Positions 40,801 through 48,678 of a stretch of 56,692 nucleotides of DNA are shown one piece after another. The number at the start of each line of letters is the position of its first letter. Within the stretch, counting starts at the first letter, position 1. The position numbers were made by a program, and so were the translations under genes. The notes under the pieces were generated by a model that was not told the DNA's origin, searched no databases, and saw only the letters and a program-made list of their open reading frames with translations. This DNA comes from a virus (taxonomy: Duplodnaviria > Caudoviricetes), in IMG/VR virus record IMGVR_UViG_3300030331_004412, positions 1 to 56,692 of that record; one strand, written 5' to 3'.

Positions 40801-42158
40801 ATGCCCCGAACATTGAAGCGTTGGCAAAGGAGTTGGATCAAGCTGCTGATTCAGAGAAAGGCAAAAGGGGTTTGGCTTGGATGGGGAAGAATGGACTAGA
40901 GATGCTGACCACAATGTCTGACGCTTTTGAAAACAGCATTAGACTCTCTACCTATGTGAACGCTAGGAAGATGGGGATCGCTCGTGATAGGGCTGCGTTT
41001 ATGTCGAAGGAGGTGACCGTAAACTTCAATAGGTCAGGTGAGTGGGGGACAGCGCTGAACTCAACATACATGTTCTTTAACGCCTCTATGCAAAGTAGTA
41101 AGAGGCTGGTAAAAACCATGAACTCAAAAAGCGGAAGAGCTGTAGGAACAGGGATGGCTTTGACTGGAGCCATGATTACAGAATACAACAGGTCTGTATC
41201 TGGTGAGGACGAAGATGGAGTGTTGTTCTACGACAAAATTTCTCCATACGAAAGAGCTCGGAACATCATTATTATGAGGTCAAATGGCAAGGACTACGTC
41301 AAGATTCCTCTTGCGTACGGGTATGGGCTGTTTCACAACGTAGGGGAACAAGTCAGCAGTGTGTCTCGCGGTGGCCGCACAGCTGGAGAGGCCACATTTG
41401 AGATGGCTGATGCCACCCTTAGTGCGTTCTCCCCTGTAACGTTCGGTAGTTCAGATAACGCTCTTATCAAAGCTGGTAAAACATTTACACCATCTTTGGC
41501 AATGCCAATCGTAGACCTTATGGTTAATGAAGACTGGCAAAGCAACAGAATATACTTTGACTTTGAGGGAAAGGCTGACTCAGAGCAAGGCTTTGACTCT
41601 CCCGAGTTTGCCAAAGACTTTTTCCAAGGGTTGAACAAGATGACTGGGGGAACAGAGATTGCAGGTGGTGATGAGTTTTATTCTATCGACGTCAACCCAG
41701 ACATTCTTACCTACCTGTTGGAGTCTTACGCTGGGGGTATAGGTCAGGCGGCTGTAAAAACAGGTGAAACCGTGGCGTCTGTTATCGAAGGAGAGGTTCC
41801 TGATATCGGCAGGTTCCCCGTTCTGTCTAAGTTCTACAGTAAAGAAAATTATGCACAGCTTACGGACTATTTTGACTATGCTGACAACCTAGAGATTGCA
41901 GAAAAAAGAGTCAAAGAGTTTAAGAACGATGAGATTAGAGAGCGATTCAAGGGCGAGGGTAGGTTCAGAGGCATCGGAGTATTGGAGACTACAATGAAGA
42001 AATCAAAGAAAGGAATCAAAGACCTAGAGGAGCAGCTCGACAAAGCTTATGCAAGCGAAAACAAAAAGGAAATTGAAAGACTTGAGGGGTTGATCAACAG
42101 AAACATGAAGATGTTCAACAAAGCATTTAGACAATACGTTGCAAAAACAGAACAGTAA
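37884..42158 (+). CDS. Large polyvalent/ejection protein with C-terminal LPD38-like domain
   Basis: 1424 aa; YLYARHA.ERN-like motif, NP.F...NF.RD, EN..RL..Y, TVNFNR.G, YMFFNA, Y.KIPL.YG motifs. Confidence 0.7.
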   Translation: MEDQEQLLKDFVASAQKYGYDYDVIMPKFPEFEGYDVEMLKGYVSKVEEMNQGSDVYDYTEANSAFPDLFPQKKKDQTEAPSPLEQTSEAAFAESTAVSGMPSGGSDSPATRTRVTPEGYSFEELSSEKPFIEGSIGDFVRAIPWIGNDIDDWARAWSTGAQARGQAAPAMDMLIPTYGEMTGEDFNKEDYREAAEALAAEVRRYENFREENGISDELMAWNKSIQENGHGMYGLFKTIWEHKGDLRNIAGQWALESLSTQLNEEGIEKAAAVQAGGMLAGAPLGAAGVGAAGVATLPVSMATLSGVTAATQFLVDELKQRVGEDFNAEAILDALDDDTFRNTLRKDAGKYGLVIGFVDGVTFKAGAGVSREMGKALQGGWMPKTREFLAVGFTEAEGSMLGEAAASEAVGEPATAEALFQEGVGGAFATPITMTYRGVQDLHNRGIDNQNASVINQLNSRAVYTANGQRVQKQDLLDIVSVMTAEEFENANIEVKDDQATADLIQRRYEQIKKGEKVVPLPSKKPNKIQQAKDFFRRKVIDTLDPLVALQRSAQEARGERVSRETDMDAAFSMFSSRTANRMKNVINVAQSMGTALKDAGLDPATARKGLDRFLYARHAPERNRVMTQRYKDRIKQIQDEAKDEKRNITPKEEKEIKTLEGYIEENRGSGMSDADAQAYMDGLTPEERAGYEAAAKLHDEVVADTRKTLREAGLESEETVDLFESQYEFYTPLRGFAELDPEKALKQADLSAPNAFDVRGSGIVRAEGRITEASDMSTAALNQNAMTHMRAEKNKVGRTVYDFANANPNEEVYSTMDQEQFGKLKPSQKKRAVGVRIDGETKYVVFGEKYAQHAALLQDFSPQKMGAFMQFFSAANRLRSKTFTSLNPEFFMPNFVRDIQAGFANLAADADLTTKEGRELVAKTMKESTKNLRYMLGSMVPSVREKIKANDPEYFKFLQEFEEDGGVTGWGYAPNIEALAKELDQAADSEKGKRGLAWMGKNGLEMLTTMSDAFENSIRLSTYVNARKMGIARDRAAFMSKEVTVNFNRSGEWGTALNSTYMFFNASMQSSKRLVKTMNSKSGRAVGTGMALTGAMITEYNRSVSGEDEDGVLFYDKISPYERARNIIIMRSNGKDYVKIPLAYGYGLFHNVGEQVSSVSRGGRTAGEATFEMADATLSAFSPVTFGSSDNALIKAGKTFTPSLAMPIVDLMVNEDWQSNRIYFDFEGKADSEQGFDSPEFAKDFFQGLNKMTGGTEIAGGDEFYSIDVNPDILTYLLESYAGGIGQAAVKTGETVASVIEGEVPDIGRFPVLSKFYSKENYAQLTDYFDYADNLEIAEKRVKEFKNDEIRERFKGEGRFRGIGVLETTMKKSKKGIKDLEEQLDKAYASENKKEIERLEGLINRNMKMFNKAFRQYVAKTEQ

Positions 42159-42595
42159 TGGAGCAGAAAAAGAAAATCAAAGACACAGGTCTTGGCAAGT
42201 GGCTTAAGTCCAAAGCACCTAACGTACTTAGTGTTGTAGGGGACTTGCTTCCTGATCAGGGTGGGCTAGGCATTGTCAAGAACTTGATTGAAAAAGACCC
42301 TGACGTAGACACCGCCGAAGGCACAGCTGCGGTAGATGCAGAGATTCAGTTTCAGAACAACGTCACCTCCAGATGGCAAGCAGATATGGGTAGCGATGTA
42401 AAGCTTGCTAAGCTGATCAGACCTATCACTTTGATTGCATTGATGAGCATGTTTATGGTGACGATGGTGGCCGACAGCATGGACAACTGGGCATTTAACG
42501 TAAAAGATTCTTACGTAGATTTGTTACAGATCCTTATGCTCACTGCATTTGGTGCGTATTTCGCTGGTAGAACCATCGAGAAAGCAAAGAAATGA
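42158..42595 (+). CDS. Holin (3TM-holin-like family)
   Basis: RW.ADM.SD..L.K.IRP, two hydrophobic helices, AYF.GRT.EK. Confidence 0.75.
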   Translation: MEQKKKIKDTGLGKWLKSKAPNVLSVVGDLLPDQGGLGIVKNLIEKDPDVDTAEGTAAVDAEIQFQNNVTSRWQADMGSDVKLAKLIRPITLIALMSMFMVTMVADSMDNWAFNVKDSYVDLLQILMLTAFGAYFAGRTIEKAKK

Positions 42596-44202
42596 GAGTA
42601 AGGCGCATGCAAAACGGGGGCGATGTAGAGTCATTGCTTAAAATGCTAGAGAGTCGCCGCGTTCCTCAACGCGCTGCTTCTTCAGCCCCCGCTGAATCCA
42701 CAAAAAGAAACATTGCGCCACCTACTAGAGCTCGGCTTCTTGATGCTGACAGCCCCGCAGTTCGACCACGTCCAACAATTAGTCAGCGCAGCGTAGACTA
42801 CGAGGACCCAGCTTCACTTCTTCAGATGGTGTCAGCCCCAACTCAAACCCTCGGGGCTTTGAACAGGATGGCTGTTTCTGGTGACTTCAGGAGGCCAACA
42901 GCTGCTGAGCTAGACGCTTTTGGGGAGAGGCCAATGGACCTCCCCATGATGTTTACGGGGCTGGGTGACGCCGCCGAGGTGGAAAGGGCCTTGGGTGCTG
43001 GAAGATATGGATCTGCTTTAGGAACAGCTGCGCTTTCATTTACGCCAATTCCTGCGCGGTCGATTCGTTTTCTAAGAGAAAATGTTCCTATGGTTTTTAG
43101 GAGCGCTGACTTTTCTGAGATCGCAGATGACGTGTTGATGGATTTATCTGAGGTCCCTGACGCACCTGTTGGTAGCGGCTTAAATGATCCGTTTGACATT
43201 GAGAATCTTTTCTTTTCTCAGAGTCAAGCTGCTGAGCGTGTGGCTCAACTAGACCCGTTACAGAAATCTGATTTTTTTGACGACTTTGAGGAGCTGGCTA
43301 TGGGGCTGGACCTTGATCAACCTAAGCTGGCAGACCAAATTAGAAAAGCATCTCAAGCCCTCGAGGAATCTGCAGGTAAAATAGCAGCTGACATGGAGGG
43401 AGTTAAGTTCCCAGACAAGGTGTTTAGAACTGGAGGGGACAGACCCCTAGAGTTTACTCTTGACGCCGATGTCGGCATGGGCAGGATGGAGTATACAGGC
43501 TACGACTTGAAAGACAAAAGCAGCGGGATTACTTATGACTCTGTTGCTGAATACAAAAGAGCAGTAGGTAGGCAGCCAGATATTGCAGCATCCGCTGATA
43601 TCGTATCAAACAAAAACAGAATGGACCTTGATGGCAAAAGGTCTTATGCGGACTATGCATTTAACATCAAAGTGCCTTCAGACGCGCCAGCAACAACAGC
43701 CTTGAGACTGATGCGTAAGCTGTTGAACTCAGTTCCCAACGGAAAGATTATTGAAGCGGGTGGAAGTTTGAGTGCCGACTCCTATCCGTTTGTGATGTCT
43801 GGCCTCAAGAGAGGGAAGGCAGAGCTGGCCAAAAGTGCTAGGGTGCCCTCGGGTGTATCGTACAAGCCTCTCAACGCTATGGGTGAGAACTACACATCTC
43901 TCCCCAAGATGCTCAATATTCCAAAGAAGGACGCTATGCAGTTGTTTGAAACAACAAAGGTCAATGTGTACGAGGGAATTTCAGTTCGACCCGAGGTATT
44001 GAAGCAGCAGCTGTGGGAGAAACACAAGGGTGCAATCAACGCCGCTCTCAAGGATTACGGATTGCCTCCAGCAAAGTGGGACAATGCAAGCAAGGATGTG
44101 CTTATGCCTCACCCATATCTTAAAAAACTTGAGGACTACAGAAGGGGTGGACGTATGGCAATCAAAAAGAAAAACAACAAATCGTTTGGCATAGCAAGAT
44201 GA
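42592..44202 (+). CDS. Hypothetical protein, possibly capsid-internal
   Basis: 536 aa, bracketed by MQNGG and YRRGG motifs with basic termini. Confidence 0.55.
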   Translation: MRVRRMQNGGDVESLLKMLESRRVPQRAASSAPAESTKRNIAPPTRARLLDADSPAVRPRPTISQRSVDYEDPASLLQMVSAPTQTLGALNRMAVSGDFRRPTAAELDAFGERPMDLPMMFTGLGDAAEVERALGAGRYGSALGTAALSFTPIPARSIRFLRENVPMVFRSADFSEIADDVLMDLSEVPDAPVGSGLNDPFDIENLFFSQSQAAERVAQLDPLQKSDFFDDFEELAMGLDLDQPKLADQIRKASQALEESAGKIAADMEGVKFPDKVFRTGGDRPLEFTLDADVGMGRMEYTGYDLKDKSSGITYDSVAEYKRAVGRQPDIAASADIVSNKNRMDLDGKRSYADYAFNIKVPSDAPATTALRLMRKLLNSVPNGKIIEAGGSLSADSYPFVMSGLKRGKAELAKSARVPSGVSYKPLNAMGENYTSLPKMLNIPKKDAMQLFETTKVNVYEGISVRPEVLKQQLWEKHKGAINAALKDYGLPPAKWDNASKDVLMPHPYLKKLEDYRRGGRMAIKKKNNKSFGIAR

Positions 44203-46340
44203 TGTATAGAGCTCTGATTATTTTTTTGATTCCAACGTTTGCTGTAGCTCAGCAGGGATGGGTGTCTATTGCCATACAAGGGGACGCATACGGGAATGAG
44301 ACTACGTGGTTGGTGCGAGACACTAGCAACGCCATAGTTGCAGGCTCTGCTCCACTGCAGGGGGAGTATCCATATGTAGAGGCATTCCTGCCTTTGCCAT
44401 TGGGCGATTACACCTTTACCATCTATGACTCTTTCGGTGATGGAATTTGCTGTGGTTTTGGAGAGGGGTGGTTCTCTATCAACACCTGTGCTCTAGACAC
44501 TACGGTATACGACTTCGGAACATCAGAGCAAACCATTCCGTTTGAGGTGTTGGCATGCCCACCTCCAATCTTTGGATGCATGCAGATGGGTGCCTTGAAC
44601 TATCATCCATGGGCTACTGCCCCAGCCCCGTGTAATTTTCCGCCAGTGCAATGTGAGCTGGGCAACAACAACATCTTAGTTACCGTTACCCCTGATACAT
44701 ACGCTGCCGAAATTAGCTGGGAACTGATGACCCTGCCAGATAGCACCATTGCGGCAGAGGGTTCAGATTATTCGATCGTAGGTGTTCCAGACATAGACGC
44801 TGTGTGCCTACCTGTGGGCTCAGATTTTGTGATCAATGTCTACGACAGCTTTGGGGACGGGATGTGCGGCAGTTGCTATGGCGGGGTTGACGGGAACCTG
44901 TCAGTAACTACGCTGTGTGGAGATACGCTGTATTACGTAGGAGGTCAGACACAATATGAAGCGATATCAAGTGATACTATCACTATTGAACCATGCTTTC
45001 CTCCGATCCCTCAAGGATGCACAGACTCATGGTTTACAGAGTACGACCCCAGCGCTATCATTGATGATGGTAGCTGTCAAACAGAAGTAATCTTAGGGTG
45101 CACAGATCCTGATGCCATTAACTTCAGCGAGTACGCAAACACGCTTGAGACAGAAGACAACTGTGAGTTTACTCTTACGCTCACAGATGGAGCAGGTGAT
45201 GGTTGGTTTGGTAGCTGGATAGGGGTTCAGCAGGGTGACGAAATATTCGGTCCGTTCACTATGCACCCGAACGATGGATTCGAAAAAGAAATTCAGATCC
45301 CACTGTACTCTGAGGAGATGACAAGGGTCATGTTTTTTACTCAAGGCAACGCAGAGACAACCGCCTCTCAGTGCGGGTTCTACTTTGATGGACCCAACGG
45401 TGTGTTCATGGAGGGTGGAACCAACCCATGGTCAGATGCAATTAAAAAGTTTCCATTCAAGTACAAGGGCACGCCTGTGTGTGCAGACTTTTGTGAGGAT
45501 GCTGTTGTAGGGTGTACGCTTAGTTTCGCTTGTAACTACGACGCTGACGCAAATGTAGATGGGGACTGCACCTTCCCTATTGAATACTACGGGTGTGACA
45601 ACGAATGCATCAATGACGCTGACGGAGATGGCGTGTGTGATGAGCTCGAGGTGATTGGGTGCCAAGACCCGACAGCTTACAACTACGATGAATCAGCTAC
45701 CGACGCAGGAGATTGCGAACCTGTGGTGTTTGGTTGCACCGACCCCACCATGTTTAACTACAACGAGGAGGCCAACACAGAAAACAACAGCTGCATCCCG
45801 TACATCTATGGATGCATGGACCCCGAGGCCATCAACTACGACGAAGATGCAAACACAGAGCTCGATGGCTCTTGCATCGCTTCTGTTTCTGGCTGCATGG
45901 ATCTTGACGCTTACAACTACAATGTTGAGGCAAACGTTCCAAACAATGACGATTGCTTGTATGATGCTGGCTGCATAACTGGGGCTGGAGAGCCATACTG
46001 GGCCAACGATTACTGCTACTCATGGGTAATCGAGGTAGACCCCTACTGCTGTGAGACAGCATGGGATGCGGTGTGCGAGGAAATGTATGACTACTGTGGG
46101 GCAGGTGTGACATCAGTGGATGTAGCAGTAAGATCACTACTTCATTTCTTTCCAAACCCAACACGAGGCTTGGTGAATATTCAGGCACCGATCGGGACCG
46201 TAATCACCTTGTTTGATGCAAGGGGAAGAGTTATTCAGACCACGACACGGAACACTGTTGAGCTGCCAGTTTCTGGACCGTATGTAATCATGGCGAACTA
46301 CAAGGGTAGAATCAAGAAAGAAACAATCGTGAGACAATGA
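44199..46340 (+). CDS. Cys-rich secreted protein with GCxD repeats and T9SS type A C-terminal sorting domain
   Basis: Signal peptide ..FAVA/QQ; 8 GC[TMQ]x..N/EY repeats; three D.YG/FGDG beta modules; C-terminus FFPNPT.G.VNI....I.LFD..GR.I......L..SG.Y.I.......K..IV.Q. Confidence 0.85.
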   Translation: MMYRALIIFLIPTFAVAQQGWVSIAIQGDAYGNETTWLVRDTSNAIVAGSAPLQGEYPYVEAFLPLPLGDYTFTIYDSFGDGICCGFGEGWFSINTCALDTTVYDFGTSEQTIPFEVLACPPPIFGCMQMGALNYHPWATAPAPCNFPPVQCELGNNNILVTVTPDTYAAEISWELMTLPDSTIAAEGSDYSIVGVPDIDAVCLPVGSDFVINVYDSFGDGMCGSCYGGVDGNLSVTTLCGDTLYYVGGQTQYEAISSDTITIEPCFPPIPQGCTDSWFTEYDPSAIIDDGSCQTEVILGCTDPDAINFSEYANTLETEDNCEFTLTLTDGAGDGWFGSWIGVQQGDEIFGPFTMHPNDGFEKEIQIPLYSEEMTRVMFFTQGNAETTASQCGFYFDGPNGVFMEGGTNPWSDAIKKFPFKYKGTPVCADFCEDAVVGCTLSFACNYDADANVDGDCTFPIEYYGCDNECINDADGDGVCDELEVIGCQDPTAYNYDESATDAGDCEPVVFGCTDPTMFNYNEEANTENNSCIPYIYGCMDPEAINYDEDANTELDGSCIASVSGCMDLDAYNYNVEANVPNNDDCLYDAGCITGAGEPYWANDYCYSWVIEVDPYCCETAWDAVCEEMYDYCGAGVTSVDVAVRSLLHFFPNPTRGLVNIQAPIGTVITLFDARGRVIQTTTRNTVELPVSGPYVIMANYKGRIKKETIVRQ

Positions 46341-46546
46341 GACCCATCAAAAGAAAAAAGAAAAAAGACCCTGTAGATTACAGCACTCCATACGAGGGCG
46401 CTATGGGTAAGAGCAAAAGTCGTCAGGCTGCAGAAAAGATGTGGTCGAGCAAAGCCTCCAAAGAAGAAATGCAACTTGGCTCAAAAACAACCATGGATCA
46501 AGACGGAAACTACATAGTTAGAACTAGACTTTCATCGAAGGCATGA
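46337..46546 (+). CDS. Small basic hypothetical protein
   Basis: 69 aa, ATGA-coupled at both ends. Confidence 0.55.
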   Translation: MRPIKRKKKKDPVDYSTPYEGAMGKSKSRQAAEKMWSSKASKEEMQLGSKTTMDQDGNYIVRTRLSSKA

Positions 46547-47589
46547 AGTACTTTATTTCAACCGTTTTGTTTTTTTTGCCCTTGCTTTTGCTTGGGCAAA
46601 GCGACTTCTACAGAAATGTGCTGAGAAGAGCTACCTTCTACGCAGCTGTAAACGGAGGTAACTCTGTGTCAGATCAGGACGTGTTCTCCGTAGCTACAGG
46701 GCCTCTTACAACAGACATTGTCGAAACGCCTTTTGATTACTCCCTGACGCTTGGGGTCAGAAAGATTGCAAGGTTTGGGTACGAGAACAGAGCCAACATC
46801 TTTTACGACGGCACAGAAAAGACATACGGGGATGCTGCTACGGTGGGCAAGTACGATGGGTTTGAGTTCCTTGCTGAGGCTGACTGGCGCAGGCAGCAGG
46901 GAAAAAACTTTCTCGATCAAGATTACTTTGCTAGATATGTGGCTGACGACTGGGTAGCAAAGGTAGAATACCTGCAAGACGGCTTTGCTGATGTTAGATA
47001 CTTCGAGGCTTCAGAGCGGGGAAGATTGAAGATCGGCAAGAAGCTGTCCCTGAATGCAGGGGTTGTGCAAAGAATATCTGAGCCCTACGGCTACGACCCG
47101 CTGCAACAATGGCTTCTGGACAACAACCAGATACACTACACCGCCTTGGCTTTGGAACAGGGGTACAGCGTTGATGTAAACACAGGGGAGTTCTTTTCTC
47201 CTAGTGGGGAGATCGTTGCCAACGATCAGGCAGTATGGGAGCAGGTAGTAATCCCACAGGTCCTTGACGATTACGTTGCTGAGAAAAGATCTGAGCTTGA
47301 AAGCCAGTGGCTGTACTCAGCCGTGGTGGGGTTCGACTTTTACCACTATGAAAAAGATTTTTGGTTGCACTCGTGGGGCAACGTGATGCCCTACCACCTC
47401 GACACAGGTGATGAGTATTCGTATCACAACTTTGTGAACAGCAGCCAGTGGGTGGACCTTGGCTTCGGATTGGTGTTCGGGACTAAGATTACCAAGAGCC
47501 TTGGCGTATTCGCTGAAGGCAAGTACAACAGATATTGGAACAGGGAGTGGCACGACTTCTCTGTGGGACTCAACTACATACTACTGTAA
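46543..47589 (+). CDS. Putative outer-membrane beta-barrel protein
   Basis: Signal peptide ..LLLG/Q; aromatic-rich amphipathic strands; ends GVFAEGKY...WHDFSVGLNYILL. Confidence 0.7.
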   Translation: MKYFISTVLFFLPLLLLGQSDFYRNVLRRATFYAAVNGGNSVSDQDVFSVATGPLTTDIVETPFDYSLTLGVRKIARFGYENRANIFYDGTEKTYGDAATVGKYDGFEFLAEADWRRQQGKNFLDQDYFARYVADDWVAKVEYLQDGFADVRYFEASERGRLKIGKKLSLNAGVVQRISEPYGYDPLQQWLLDNNQIHYTALALEQGYSVDVNTGEFFSPSGEIVANDQAVWEQVVIPQVLDDYVAEKRSELESQWLYSAVVGFDFYHYEKDFWLHSWGNVMPYHLDTGDEYSYHNFVNSSQWVDLGFGLVFGTKITKSLGVFAEGKYNRYWNREWHDFSVGLNYILL

Positions 47590-47873
47590 TGGCACAACAA
47601 ATCGGAGAAGACACTAAAGTAACGTTAGACCTTAAGACAATAGGTATGGCGGCAGCAGGCATAGGGACAATCGTAGCCATGTGGTTTGCCTTGCAGGCAG
47701 ACATTGCAGAAGCAAAGGAACTTCCTGTCCCTCCTGACCCAGAGATTACGCGCATGGAGTTCGACATGAAGGACCAGCTAGTGCGCCAAACTATTATGAC
47801 CACTCAGGAAGACGTGACTGAAATCAAGCAAGACATTAAACGCATTGAAGAAAAAATAGACCAACTAAAATGA
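47589..47873 (+). CDS. Single-pass membrane protein with coiled coil
   Basis: TIGMAAAGIGTIVAMWFAL hydrophobic helix; EIKQDIKRIEEKIDQLK; start moved to ATG 47589. Confidence 0.65.
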   Translation: MAQQIGEDTKVTLDLKTIGMAAAGIGTIVAMWFALQADIAEAKELPVPPDPEITRMEFDMKDQLVRQTIMTTQEDVTEIKQDIKRIEEKIDQLK

Positions 47874-47876
47874 CAA

Positions 47877-48242
47877 ATGAAAATCCTATCAGCCCTATGT
47901 GTATTCTTTGCATTCTTATTGGCGGCGGTTTCTGTAACGCCTGCAGATAATATTGAACTATGTGGATCGGGAATCTGTGTTGTTGAGTTCAACGCTAGCT
48001 TCAACTCACAGAACAGCGTACCATGGATCGAAAAGCTAAACGACTGCGAGACTGCCCGTGTGGACATCGCTACTGCTCCAGACCTTCAGAAGAAGCACAA
48101 GATTGTTGTCGTCCCGACGATTGTTGTTTTCAATGAGGGAGAGGAACAGGAGAGGTTTCAGGCGAACATCATGATGACATTGGAAGCGACTATTGACGAC
48201 GTTCAAGGAGCCGTTGACGACATCATGTTGAACGACTTTTAA
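47877..48242 (+). CDS. Exported thioredoxin-fold protein lacking CxxC
   Basis: Signal/anchor helix; VVEFNASFN, RVDI...PDL.K..KI.VVPTIVVF..GEE..RF. Confidence 0.7.
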   Translation: MKILSALCVFFAFLLAAVSVTPADNIELCGSGICVVEFNASFNSQNSVPWIEKLNDCETARVDIATAPDLQKKHKIVVVPTIVVFNEGEEQERFQANIMMTLEATIDDVQGAVDDIMLNDF

Positions 48243-48481
48243 ACCCACGTCACCTTAATTGTGAGGGCCGTGTCTTTGAGGTCGTGAAACTCTTCGCGCA
48301 CCAACTTGTCGATGATTGGGTAGAGGTAGCAGTGCAAGACTTCGTCCTCAGTGGTCTCAGTCATCACACGTTGCAGTCCGTTTTCCCCAATCCCCGCATC
48401 AATGTGCACAAACCGAAAGTCCTTGGACACTACGGCTTTTACAACTTGATGGTACTGCCTATCGGGTTTAAAATTGCTCAT
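48239..48481 (-). CDS. Hypothetical protein
   Basis: 80-aa ORF; its stop overlaps the + strand stop at TTAA. Confidence 0.5.
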   Translation of the reverse strand: MSNFKPDRQYHQVVKAVVSKDFRFVHIDAGIGENGLQRVMTETTEDEVLHCYLYPIIDKLVREEFHDLKDTALTIKVTWV

Positions 48482-48483
48482 GG

Positions 48484-48645
48484 CTAGACTATTGGTGGCT
48501 GTCGAGACAGCATTTCTAAAAAGTCAACCATGTCAATAACCCCGTTCCCGTTGAAGTCCAGCGCATACGCATCATCCTCGGGATCGGGAGATGAACCATA
48601 AGCCTGAAGCAGCAACAGCAAATCCATTATGTAAGTTGACCACAT
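48484..48645 (-). CDS. 53-aa dockerin/EF-hand-like micro-protein (not in ORF track)
   Basis: MWSTYIMDLLLLLQAYGSSPDPEDDAYALDFNGNGVIDMVDFLEMLSRQPPIV, hand-translated; fills the intergenic gap. Confidence 0.65.
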   Translation of the reverse strand: MWSTYIMDLLLLLQAYGSSPDPEDDAYALDFNGNGVIDMVDFLEMLSRQPPIV

Positions 48646-48678
48646 TGGACTTACAATACGTGGAGCTGTTGAAAAAAG

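Noticed and set aside
44199-48242. Host chromosome or prophage boundary at the host-like envelope genes
   Set aside because: Genes overlap phage genes, are flanked by phage genes on both sides, and no integrase or att site was seen; a chimera is not fully excluded without reads
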